From: Albugo candida
Taxonomy: Eukaryota
Direction of reading: 5' to 3'
Length of the DNA: 63,990 bases
Assembly (NCBI GenBank): GCA_040437565.1
Contig: JBDOQK010000048.1
Location: 186,001-249,990 of the forward strand
Positions 44,801 through 56,505 of the stretch are shown here, one piece after another. The notes below the pieces were generated by a model. It searched no databases and was not told the DNA's origin. It saw only the letters and a list, made by a program, of their open reading frames with translations. Every line of letters starts with the position of its first letter. The stretch's first letter is position 1. The position numbers and the translations under genes were made by a program.

Positions 44801-47587
44801 GCCATGTAGAATAGACTTCCCGCTAACATTGTCATGGCGAGACAGAAGATCGTCGCGTTGATCAGAAATTGAAGTGCGGTCGAAATCCCGGAATCCAACA
44901 TGAGCTTCCGAATCTTATATTTAAGATGACGGACCCGGATCAGCTTCAGCAAACGGACAAATCGAAGGGAATTCACAACATTCACCGGCAATTTTTCTTT
45001 GTCTAGAACGTCCCAAATCAGCGGTAGCGGAATGTTAGCCGCCACATCGGCCAAGTAGCCTTCCGTCTCAAGATAGTGCTCGAAAATGTTTCTGTGCTCG
45101 ATAATCAACCCAGCCTCGCTAGAAATCTGTGTAAAGTCGTGAATACTGTGAACCAATATATTGTTATTTTGTCTCGTAGGCGCATGTGTCGACCGAACAA
45201 AACAACGAGAGCGAAAGTAGAGATCTAAAAGGAAGAAACCTTCGACCGCAACGTTCCAATAAAATTCAAATACCCTGACGTAATGTACAAACGCGCTTCG
45301 TAATGATGATCTTGATTCATTCAATAAGCCAAATTCTCGTTCAAATGCAATGTAATAAGGCACCTGTAGTACTATATAGCACATAAGAACGCATTCCGCC
45401 ACAAGCCAATTCTTTTGAAACTTGGAATGAGGAAGTCTCCATGTAGCTATACCACTCAAAGCGGATCCAAAATCCTTGAACATTTTACCCTGTCTTCCAC
45501 GCATTGCGTTAGATTCTTTCAGCGGTACTCCGGCTGAAGCTTTTCTGACTGCAGATGCTTTGTCATTTCGCAACATTCCGGATCGTTCTGGTTCAATAGA
45601 GTTTGGAACTGCATTTTTGTCTTGCAGTGCGGTGGCATAAGATACGCGTGGGAAATGCTCATAGAGAGTTTGTTTGAATGCAAGGCGAGGCAAGAGCCAA
45701 ACTTCACAAAAAGAGTCAGCCACCAGATAATGAGACGATTTTGACTTTTGAGCCAGTGCATGCTCTGCATACGTGCTGCCTGCAATCAAACGGCCACAAT
45801 CATCCATATTTTCATCTTGCACACGAATTTCACCCGACGACACTATGAGCATTTCTTCCGGTTCGCCATACTTGAGAATCGACTGGTTCGGTACAAAGCA
45901 GTCCCATCGTAAGCCTGCCAAAACAGAGCGCAAAAAAGCTCCATGACGGTTTTTGAAAAGAGTTATCTATAAGAATAATCATCACATTTGTATACAGATC
46001 CAAAAACAAGCGTGTGATACCTTTTCCAAATGCTTATATTTTACGAAATTCGCGCACCTCATTCGATATTGCTCCGGAAGATTCGATAATATAAGCTCTT
46101 CCTCGACTCCGTGACGTGTTCGCTGCATGTAACGAAAATACGTATTAAGATCAGCTGTCAATTGATTTGAGATTTTCCGCGACGACGTAAACTGTTGAGA
46201 ACAATCTAAGCCGAAAAATTTCAGGAATCAACGCAATTCAAACCTTCATCATTTGTGCGAGTCGAGTTGTGATGTTGATATGCATATTGGCGTCAATGTA
46301 GCTAAAGTGGAAAGAGCATGCTGTCCCGATTGCAGTTGCCCATAAACCCGCTACAAACTGTATAAATATTCGGTAGTTTGTTTCCAGCATTGTCGTTGGA
46401 ATCAGGTCTCCTTGTCCTAACGTTGTGACTGTCTTGCATCCCCAATACATGGATCGAAGATACTTTCGCCAAAAAGATCCTTTTTCCAGATTATCTCGCA
46501 GCACCCAGGACCCCGGGTACGGGTCATTAGAGCACCAGGTAAAGTTCAGACCACATTCAATATGTGCGATGAGCATGTAACCTGATCCAGCCAAATGTGC
46601 AAGATATATTCCAAGCACAGTGAGATAGACCAACATTGCGGTGGTGCTGAAAGACAATAGCTGAACAAGTGTGGAAGTCCCGCTTCTACTCAGGATGACA
46701 CGATTAAACCTTCTAGGGAGGTGGTATGCTGCTTGAATGAATCGAATCAAACCCATGATATGCATCAGATTGAGATCTGAAAGAAACACGGCTTCCCAAG
46801 GAAGTATATCGGCCAATATGACAAAAAGGGCCAATTTTGATTGCGTACTTGACTCTCTCTCTACAAAAGTCGACTGCTGTAAGGAATTGGATCCATAAAC
46901 AAAGCTGTGTTGGTTGATAGACGTAATCGCATCTTTACTTTCGCCTGTTGAGTATTCACTTGATGCACTGCTAGTGGTATCAAATAGCTCACTTGAAATC
47001 GGATGCAATTTGAACCTTGCCAGCAAGCCATGTACTTTTTTAAAAAAGAATTTGATCTCTCTGCGCCACGCAATCGCTCGAATCACACAACCCATTGTGT
47101 CGGACAATAAGAATACTTTGTTCGCAAAAGTCAAAGATGCTGTTGTTTCTTCAAACAAAGGATCGAAAAAAAAACCAACTCGGAATGGAACTACTACAAG
47201 TATGTAGATTGTATCGACGAAACTCCATAACGCGAAGAATGGCTCCTTCCTTCGTTTTATGTACATATGAGCTTTGTTTTCGAATTTGATGAAAATCGAT
47301 TTCGAAATTTGCAAAAGCGGTGCGCTTATACTTGGACATGAATAATTGAAGATAGTTCTCACCCTGTGCGCACCAAGAGAGCGATCTTCAGAGTGTTGAT
47401 GTCCATTTCGAGCTTCTACCGGTGCAATGATCCCAGCATCCGAGGATCTATGCTTTATTCGAGCTTTCGACATCATCCAACTACCTTTTCCTCCAACTAA
47501 TGTAGGCAGCGCTGGTGTCACCTGTTTTTTTCGATTTAGGTAAGATTGATCCAATATTGACGAAGGCGGACCCTTTCGTGCAGACAT
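38876..47587 (-). CDS. Four-repeat cyclic-nucleotide-binding-domain cation channel (4 x [6TM + C-linker + CNBD]), 2849 aa
   Basis: Exons 47587-46244, 46191-46021, 45966-42748 and 42691-38876 are joined by phase-0 GT-AG introns of 52, 54 and 56 nt, fusing three ORF-track entries. Four pore loops (TTLGQGD, STVGFGD, TVDCFGD, TTVCYGD), four C-linkers and four CNBDs. Confidence 0.9.
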
Positions 47588-48462
47588 TATATTGCGTTAG
47601 AAAAACGAGCCAAATCCTGATGTATTTATAGGATCCCCTACAGCCGAAGGTAGCATTTTCAAGTTTGAATACAATGTGACGCCTTCATGCGTTCAATCGT
47701 CCGGACAAACCAAGATGACGACAAAACAAATTACGTTTCTATTTTGCAGCTAGTAAAACGTAGCAATTTCTCAGCTATTGGTGTCAATCTTTGATGCACA
47801 GAGAACTTCGGTGTCAGAACTTTATCACGTCCGTTTAATGGTAACACAGGATGCTCCATCACTCTTTGCATGCGCTGATGACGGCATTAAAAACGCAGCA
47901 AATGCCTCTGCAAATAATCTATCAAGATGTGCCCTTCTTTGGGCGGTATACGAGTAGTGCTCCGTCGCAGTAGCGTTAGGCATACTTTGGTACGGGGTGA
48001 GCTCGCTACAAGTCGTCTTATTAAAATGCCAGGTCTTGTAAGGTAAGCATTCGCTGGTCAACAATTCATGACTTAAATGCGATCTCACGTGCGGGATCAG
48101 GTATGATGGAGAGTACCCAAGTGAGCAGCGAGGGTCGATGACAGGCAGCATTATCACGCATGCTGCGACAGTATTACGCTATCTTCCATGCAGAGCCCTT
48201 TTCGATGACCTAGGATGCCCAGGATGAAGAGCAAGAGTGTGTATGAATTCCGGTCGGTAGGAGAATAGAGACCAATTGAGGAACATTGACTAGCGCTTCA
48301 CACAAGATAAGATAAAGCATCTGGTGGCTCCAACAGATCGTCATGAAGAGAATCACAAGCAATTTTTGACTTGCTGAATCAAAATCGGCCGATGAATATT
48401 TATTGATTTTCGAAAACCTTTGCAAAATACAGAATATATATATATAATTAAGAGCGGGGGAG

Positions 48463-48933
48463 TCATATTTCGACTCTGTTGATCAAGACTTCATAATCGT
48501 CGACAGTGGTGGGTGATTCAATTTCCGCTTTCTGCTGAATCTCTTCCTCATACGTCTCAGAACCCATTGATTTCAGCTTATTCAATGCGACATGATTCTC
48601 AATCGCGTCATACCACAAGTCTTGGTTAGTGTCGGTCCCACAGTCGACGTACAAGTCGCGTCCATTCTCCAGCCTTATGCATAGACCGAAATTCCGTCCG
48701 CCCCACGTAATGACAGAAACAACCGCGGAAGATTTGATGGCCTGACTTTCGGGTTTGTTGTCATGTCTCCATGACAAAACGCCCTGATCCAATATCATGT
48801 AACGTTTTTTCCAGGTCGTAAAGATCTCACCGCGTTTTCGAAGGTATCCGCTCAATTTCGGCGCTTTTTCCTCAAGACGCTTTATTTTTGCCGAAAATGT
48901 TTCAGATCGTAGCCGCAAAACTGTAGCATTCAT
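48463..48933 (-). CDS. Small PH-domain protein (ORF extends to 49089; start uncertain)
   Basis: LSGYLRKRGEIFTTWKKRYMIL...GRDLYVDCGTDTNQDLWYDAI. Confidence 0.85.
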   Translation of the reverse strand: MNATVLRLRSETFSAKIKRLEEKAPKLSGYLRKRGEIFTTWKKRYMILDQGVLSWRHDNKPESQAIKSSAVVSVITWGGRNFGLCIRLENGRDLYVDCGTDTNQDLWYDAIENHVALNKLKSMGSETYEEEIQQKAEIESPTTVDDYEVLINRVEI

Positions 48934-51537
48934 ATGTAATCGATTACTTGGTCGCTTCTGATTTTGTGGGAATTGAGCTATGATACAAGCAGATGTTACA
49001 TACAAATTGGATGAGTTGTCACGCAGGGATGTTACAACGCATATGTCCCTTGTGATTGGACGATATACGACGAGTTTTGGTGAGTTCATTGAAGTCGATG
49101 CATCGTTATGACTCTACGTGCCCACCTCCTTGACGTGGCAGACTACAAACAGTTGATGGTACACCTCATCTTTTGGGTCATGCAATTGTCAATGAAGGAT
49201 TTTCCTGCCTTACTGGGAATTGACACGTCTGCATTTTGATACTCTAATTCGTATCCATTTGACTCCGTCTATACATGTAGAGAAAGATGCAGAGTGATTA
49301 TTTTACTGCCTAAGGAAGAATGCATAACATAAGTGCGTTGAATTCTGAATCAAGACGTGATGATGTTGATCGGAAGGAATATCACTAAGAAGAGACGAGT
49401 CAGGGAAGAAGCTTCAATATATGCTGTAATTGCTCAAGCTGTGCGGGTCATAACACTGCCGCTGTATGTGCTAAACACACATAAGTCATCGATGCAGCTA
49501 CACCTATAGGTTCCAATCTAATCTGAACGGATAGTCTACACTTCCATTTCGTCTAGCTGAAGCGAGTCATTACCGGCACCGATGCATATCAAAGATCCTC
49601 ATTTATAAGCCTGCTTAGTGGCGATATGCACAAGATGTATTTTCACATAGACGTTCTAGACTGCAAAAAGTCACTCATCGAAACTTTCTACATTTCTCAG
49701 GATATGTGCTCACACGACGTTTGACGATACAAAAATGAGTGAAGCCGCGTGGCAAATTCATATCTTTATACAGGGATTTGGTAACTATTAAGTGAACTTC
49801 AGCTATCTTTTTGGCTCAGAACGAGGGAGTTTTCGGACACGTCGTATGAGAACACATCGGACAAAGCGTGAGCACAAAACAATTCACGAAGGAAAACGCT
49901 CTCGTCAAAATAAATTCGTCCAGCCGCACTCTGATCAAATCTTGGCAACTTCTAGTTTCCACACTCTGTTTATGAGTGCTCATAGTACCGCACACGTAGA
50001 AGCTCAAATAAGCAGGAGTAAATGTCTCCAACAACCTGACATCACACAATGGATCACAGAGGACGGAGGAATATGACTCTCCCTTTAATGCATCAAATAC
50101 GGGAGAAAAAAAGCAGGTAGCAAAGAATCAAAAGTGTACAAAGCTGACCAGTAGGAGTAAGCATCTTATCCGGAATCTCGAACGCCACTATGGATATGAT
50201 CAATCCGGGGAATTGGCTTTCCGGTCACAGCGACACACCATCGGGTTGCTTCTGTCGATGTTACTTCGACGCATAACCGGCGTAGAAAACTTCTCATTGA
50301 ACGAGTTACCCGGCTTTTAAACTTCGTACGTATTGAATCTGCATTTAGTAGTGAGATCCGAGCCGGTATGGCTGTCTTACCAGGTGACGAACGTGAGCGA
50401 AACGCATTCGAGAGTCACATTCGTAAAGTACGCCCTGTTTCGGGTGGTGATAGTAGAGCGCTGACGCTGCTCAAAGTGAACTTTGCAGTTAATGTGGAGA
50501 CATATCCAAGCATCCGACATGTATCGATGCAGAGCACCAACTATTGGAAACTGCGCGCTTCACTAGAGTTATGCGTTTCATGCGAAATGTGACCAACCCC
50601 ATTTCTGCTCCCACCATATCAAAGCAACATGCCGATGAAAATCGGCAAAATGTCGACATGGTGGCATCACATTGATACCAATTAGTGGAATGCTCCAAAG
50701 TCGAGTGTAACGCATCAATTAATTTGTATCTCATACAAATTGTAACTTGGTATGTTTCTCAGCTTATAGGTGTCATATGTCGCTATGAATACACCTCAGA
50801 ACGAATTGATTGAGCATGAGATGCCGTCGTTGAACAGGCCATGATTTTTGCCACCAATTATTTCCTAAACAACGTTCTCACACGAAGAGAAAAATGAGAA
50901 AAGCACCATAGAGATGATCTTCAAGGAATGAATTGATCTAATCACCATTCAGCAACTAACTAAATGTGATCACAAGGTATCTGACCGACCCATCCTGGTG
51001 AAAGGATCGTGGCTACTAAATAGGCGACACATTTGTTCACAACTTGGTAACACAAGAACGACTTTTACAGATTGTCCTTGACTCCTCAGCCTTCAAAATC
51101 TCGCCACAGGATGCCAAGCTGAGCTTCTAGAGGAGAGTCGATATGAATGGAGTCCTCAGCACCATAAAAACTGGGTGCTAAATCTTGTCGAGTGGATCGC
51201 CCTGCTTGTCACCTCTAGAAGAAGTCTCATGGGTGAGAGCGATATAATCAATCACCAGCGGAATGCTCGTTTTCTGTCCAGAACTATGTCGGCCTAATGA
51301 TCGAACTTTCACCGTTATATATGTGAAATCAATCTGCTGAATACTGCGCTATTTCAAAGTCGAGAAGAGGTGCACGCAAAATTCAATGAAATAGTAAAAT
51401 GTGGTGATTGAGCTCTACTTAATCAACGTCAAGCTGATGTGCCGTAACTGCTTCGATAAGTGGTCGAGTAAAGAGCCGGCCCCCGAACTTGGGTCAAAAT
51501 TCCTGAAAGCGGACTATGATGGCGACACAAATCAAGC

Positions 51538-52371
51538 TTAAAGTAAGTTAATCAGATTGGGTGCTGGAATAAAACGATGAATACACACGTACAGCGGAAT
51601 CCAGGACATCCAGGACAAGCTTCGTTGCACCCATGAAAAGGTGAATAATAGGCAAATTAACACGAGACCTTGCTTCGCACACGCACGTACACCGTATCCT
51701 TTTCGCCCATCCAACTCATCAATATCCGATCGGAGTGCCAGTCCTGCCAGGGCCCATAGAACGACTAACGTAAAAGCTGTATCCTGAAGCTGGCTACACG
51801 TGTAAGCTCCAGAAAATACAAGGATAGATAGCATAACGATATACACTTCCAACGAAAGATAGGTGCCTTTTATCTCTTGCATCGAAACTGCGATACTGAT
51901 GAGCACTGCTGCTGAGGTCCATGCAAAGTATAAAACAATCGATAATTCACTTCCAATGTAGCGATTCCATGTAAAAAAACCTCTTTTCCACTGCAACATA
52001 ATATGCCCGTACAGAATCAGCAGGCAGCTCCATAACACGATCAGCACAGCTGTGGCGGTATGGACATAGTCGTTTGTAAAGACAAGAAGCCATAATGAGT
52101 TTGCCACACAGGTTATCGCAAACAAAGAGCGCAAAATCCGGGGATATGGTGACGTGCTGTAGAAAGATAGACTAGGGAAAAGACAATCCATAATCACAGT
52201 CAACGTCATCATCGAGTAGATCAAGCCCCAAATTGAGAACGCAAAAGAAGATGGGGTAAGAAGCGTATCATGACGATGAGATGTCACTCCGATCCGCGAG
52301 CCGAAAAGACGGTTCAAAGCCAGCTGGATGGCAAAAAGTGCTGCATTGAGCCATGCAAACCTGAAGCTCAT
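51538..52371 (-). CDS. Multi-pass membrane protein, TspO/tryptophan-rich-sensory-like; the 3' end may be spliced
   Basis: About 8 hydrophobic segments; TLLTPSSFAFSIWGLIY, ANSLWLLVF, LYFAWTSAA, FTLVVLWALAG. Possible donor GTACGT near 51590. Confidence 0.75.
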   Translation of the reverse strand: MSFRFAWLNAALFAIQLALNRLFGSRIGVTSHRHDTLLTPSSFAFSIWGLIYSMMTLTVIMDCLFPSLSFYSTSPYPRILRSLFAITCVANSLWLLVFTNDYVHTATAVLIVLWSCLLILYGHIMLQWKRGFFTWNRYIGSELSIVLYFAWTSAAVLISIAVSMQEIKGTYLSLEVYIVMLSILVFSGAYTCSQLQDTAFTLVVLWALAGLALRSDIDELDGRKGYGVRACAKQGLVLICLLFTFSWVQRSLSWMSWIPLYVCIHRFIPAPNLINLL

Positions 52372-53379
52372 TTCGGAGGCCACTAATGATATATGTGGTT
52401 ACACCAAGTAAGTGAATGCATAATTGGATTCTGCGCACACATAAGGCTTTGTGTAATGTTGAAATGCAGAGAGGTAGGATAGTATAGGACTAGCTTCATA
52501 GCTTACGTCCTATCGCACGATGATTATAGTGCGCTTTTATATATCAGCGTCGTCCGCGCTCGACCAGAACTAGCAAATTCCGTAGGACACCGACGAGTAA
52601 TCTTGCGTCAAACTAGTTTTCAACGCTACCTTTTCAGCGCAAATGGAGCTATCAAAGCGGATCGTATGTCTTTCCGCAAGTGCAAAAAGCATTAGTAATA
52701 GACGCTTCAACGGCGCATATCTCTTCATGCCGATATGCATGAAGAGCGTCAATTCTAATACAGAGAAGGTACAAGAACACTGCTGGAGTCTCTTATGCAT
52801 TAATCACTTGTGTAGAGGCAAGTTCGGGAGAAAACTTCACATGTGCATCAGGATTGCTCAAGCGGATACATTCGATCGTGATGCTTTATTGTGAGAATTA
52901 GTCGACCTATTCAGCTCATTTTGAAGTACAATCGATTTATCAGCTCAAACCAGACCGTACAATCTCTCCCACACAATTATTACTTCGTTTGACACGATGG
53001 TCTCGCGCCGATTGAAGAATATCAAGTACTTTTGTACTTTTAATGGTTTCGGGTAGAGTGCGACTTTGTTTTTTCTTTATTGATTGATGCGAGTATGGCG
53101 TTTCTCAGCTTGCACCTTGTATCCATCAAGTCGGAACCGCTCATCCTGATTGATGTGCCAGAGTATAGTCTCAACCCATTTCAACTGCGATGAAGGCTTA
53201 TCTAGAGGTCGATTGCGCAACATCACGCCAGATCTGGATTGATTTTCCGAACTCGGAAGGCTGTGCTTGCATTTTGCTTATCTGGCTCCAACAGATAGGT
53301 GATTTATATTGATGCGAATTTGCAGATCTAGAAATGACTCACCAGGACCTCGGTTCCCGTATGAACCAATCCCTTCTTA

Positions 53380-53713
53380 TTGACCGAATCACGGAGTTGC
53401 AGACGACCCTCTTTCAGATTTGAGATCATCTTGTACAAAGTTGATGATAGTACCGACTTAGATATCTCGCACATTATGTGTAGTCGTATCCTTAAANNNN
53501 NNNNNNNNNNNNNNNNNNNNNNNNNNNNNNNNNNNNNNNNNNNNNNNNNNNNNNNNNNNNNNNNNNNNNNNNNNNNNNNNNNNNNNNNNNNNNNNNTTGA
53601 CCGAATCACGGAGTTGCAGACGACCCTCTTTCAGATTTGAGATCATCTTGTACAAAGTTGATGATAGTACCGACTTAGATATCTCGCACATTATGTGTAG
53701 TCGTATCCTTAAA
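53380..53713. repeat. 117-bp duplicate flanking gap 53497-53596
   Basis: 53380-53496 matches 53597-53713. Confidence 0.9.
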
Positions 53714-54316
53714 TGAAAAATCTTCAGCAATGCCCCATCAAGGGATCCTCAATCTTGAAATTATCGTGAGAAGCATTCGCATTGGCTGTCAAGAACCGAG
53801 GGTTTGCAAAAGCCTCATGAGCGTATGTTTGTTTTTCTTGTTCGATTTCCGAAATTATTACACAGAAGTATCCATTTTACAAACAGAATCGCTGAAGCAT
53901 TACTATGTTCCCCGTGACAAATTTAACGCATTTGAGGAAGTGCAAAGATTGATAGACGATGGCGTCGAAGTAGTGCATGCTGAGGCGACACTTCTACTCG
54001 TAAGGACCTTGGTTTCCACAAATGTGCGAAGGTATTGGAAGGTTCTGACAATCAAAGCGATACATCTGGGTCCTTTGTTGGAGCCGAGTGCAAAGTGACT
54101 TTTCTCGTTTTTTGTTTCGTCTGTCCTGCATCCAACATGCGCATACGAGCGAGTGTAAATGCTTTTTTGAGCGAAAGAGTGAAATACTTGACATCAATTT
54201 CGTCTTGATGCACCGAGAGCATCATCACTTTCCATGACAACGTTGATGAGTCCAATGCAACTCATTCAGTGGTTGTGTTCATACGTCATATACGCATAAC
54301 ATCACTGGTCGATCTC

Positions 54317-54548
54317 CCAAAAACTACATTTGTACAATTACAGATGTCTTGACATCAGCTGGGTCAATGATGATTACCTTGTNNNNNNNNNNNNNNNNNN
54401 NNNNNNNNNNNNNNNNNNNNNNNNNNNNNNNNNNNNNNNNNNNNNNNNNNNNNNNNNNNNNNNNNNNNNNNNNNNNNNNNNNCCAAAAACTACATTTGTA
54501 CAATTACAGATGTCTTGACATCAGCTGGGTCAATGATGATTACCTTGT
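54317..54548. repeat. 66-bp duplicate flanking gap 54383-54482
   Basis: 54317-54382 matches 54483-54548. Confidence 0.9.
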
Positions 54549-56505
54549 AACCATCATATCAGCATACTTGGCAAGATGCAAAACGTGAGGATGGAAGTGA
54601 GCTGGATACTAGTAGAAACTAAGCTACAATGGATAGCTTGACCATAGCTGAATGCTGAATAGCAAAGCATGCATCCAGATATTCTCTACCTGGATAGGAG
54701 ATCCCATCTCAAGAATTCGTAATCTACGCTCGTGATCAAGCCTATTCGAGCATTTTACGGAACTTTAGGAATCGCATACTCATTGGTATGACCCAGGGCG
54801 GTGTTTTCACCACTTTTGATCATCATCGACAGAGCATTGCACCACGACCCGATTAGATGCTTGTAGTATACTACTTTCGAGACGCTGGACCAACCTCAAG
54901 TGGTCAATCTGAAACGAGATCATGTCATTACTAGAGCTTTAATTCGAACGACCAAAAATTCCGTCGCATTCAGACGTACAAAAGCCTCCTTCAAACAAGA
55001 GACACTGACTTTAATAAGTTATTTGATACCCCCGTTCATTCTTCTGTTGTGAGTCATATAGGAGTACAGCCTTCGTCGATCTGCTCATCTTATGACTGGC
55101 ATTTACTTTTCTCTCTCACATCGATCCTTTCATTCACCTTTGAAGCAGCATAAACACTTGAGTCAGCAGCATTTCCCGAGATTATCTCTTCACGTACTTT
55201 ATTGCCATAGCCCTTCATATTGTCCATGTTTGTCAACCAGTGTATGAGGAGGAAGAAACGTATCAATTATCCTTAGACGGATCTGACACAATAATGATTA
55301 ACGTGCGAGTAGTATGATTTCGGAACGAATGAGGTCAGCCGTCTTTACACAGGTTTCACTTTTCTGCAGCGAAAAGCTTGAAAAAAGGATGCCGCTTTTT
55401 TGCGCGCAGAAAGCATTTCATTCTATCTGAACGCTCAAATGCGTAATACACAATCTATACTTCCAGCAGCACTAAATGGTAGCAGACAAGATCTTTTCCT
55501 AGGCTACTGTTGTTATCTATCTTGATCGCGTGTAGTATTTCTTAGCTACAGCTATGACAAAGGATGGGTTTTGTGGTTATCGCTGGATCATTGGCGCACA
55601 ACGCTGCGCTGCCGTGCACGTAGCTTTTAGCGACCTAGTCGCTGTGTCGAAGTAATAACTTATGGAAAGTGTTTTAGACTCTGCATTATCTACCTCGACA
55701 ATGCCATGTTCCTTCACGTAAAATCTTCAGCAAGCTAGATTCTGATTCCGTCGTGAATTGCATTTGATTCTATCTTTGTCTTTAACTTTTCGAAAGCAAT
55801 CTCCTCAAATACATTGAAAATATGTAAAGACACGTTATGTGCAATACTTCTCCATTTGAACTGATGATGCCAACCAATTCAGCAAAATTGACAGCTGCCA
55901 TTCGGCTCCATCACAGCTTTCAAGTAGAATCAAACAATTATTAAATGCCTGACATGAGGATTTCTTGATTTCTGGCGACAATGCAATGTGGAAGTGCTTT
56001 GGTTTCGTCCCAACTTGATAACGGTGACAGCAGTGCGTTCCCAACTGTATGTAAATCGGACTAATGAACGGCAACCCGATCATACAATGTATGGTGCAGG
56101 GATTCACCGAAATGAAGCGAATTCAGGAAGCGCTTCTCCGGGCTGCGATGATAATGGACGGCATGTTCAGTAGAAATTTAATGTCAATCAGGAGAGGCCG
56201 GCGATAAAATAAGGGTGAACGACGAGTTATGAGCGCGAAGGTCTAAATATGTAAATATGGTGTTGGATGCACCACATGAAGACGAGCGCACTTAGACGGC
56301 TCAACGGTGTCACAAGAATCGACTGCCGNNNNNNNNNNNNNNNNNNNNNNNNNNNNNNNNNNNNNNNNNNNNNNNNNNNNNNNNNNNNNNNNNNNNNNNN
56401 NNNNNNNNNNNNNNNNNNNNNNNNNNNNAAGAGTTTTGCGGACTAAGGTAGTCTTATAAGTCCTATAAAGCATTTCATCATCCGAAGGAGTTTATAGACG
56501 AACGA

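Noticed and set aside
25660-47587. A co-regulated zoospore gene cluster (motif protein, pseudokinesin, CNBD channel)
   Set aside because: The genes are interspersed with unrelated housekeeping genes, and no shared regulatory motif was seen. Proximity alone is not evidence.
47825-48425. Short ORFs with signal-peptide-like pieces and ACHR, a possible decayed effector
   Set aside because: Fragments lie in different frames with no complete motif; unsupported.
51175-51260. Minus-strand IDYI...SSRGDKQGDPL resembling a LINE reverse-transcriptase QGDPLS motif
   Set aside because: A stop follows immediately and there is no downstream YADD-like motif. Too short to call a mobile element without a profile search.
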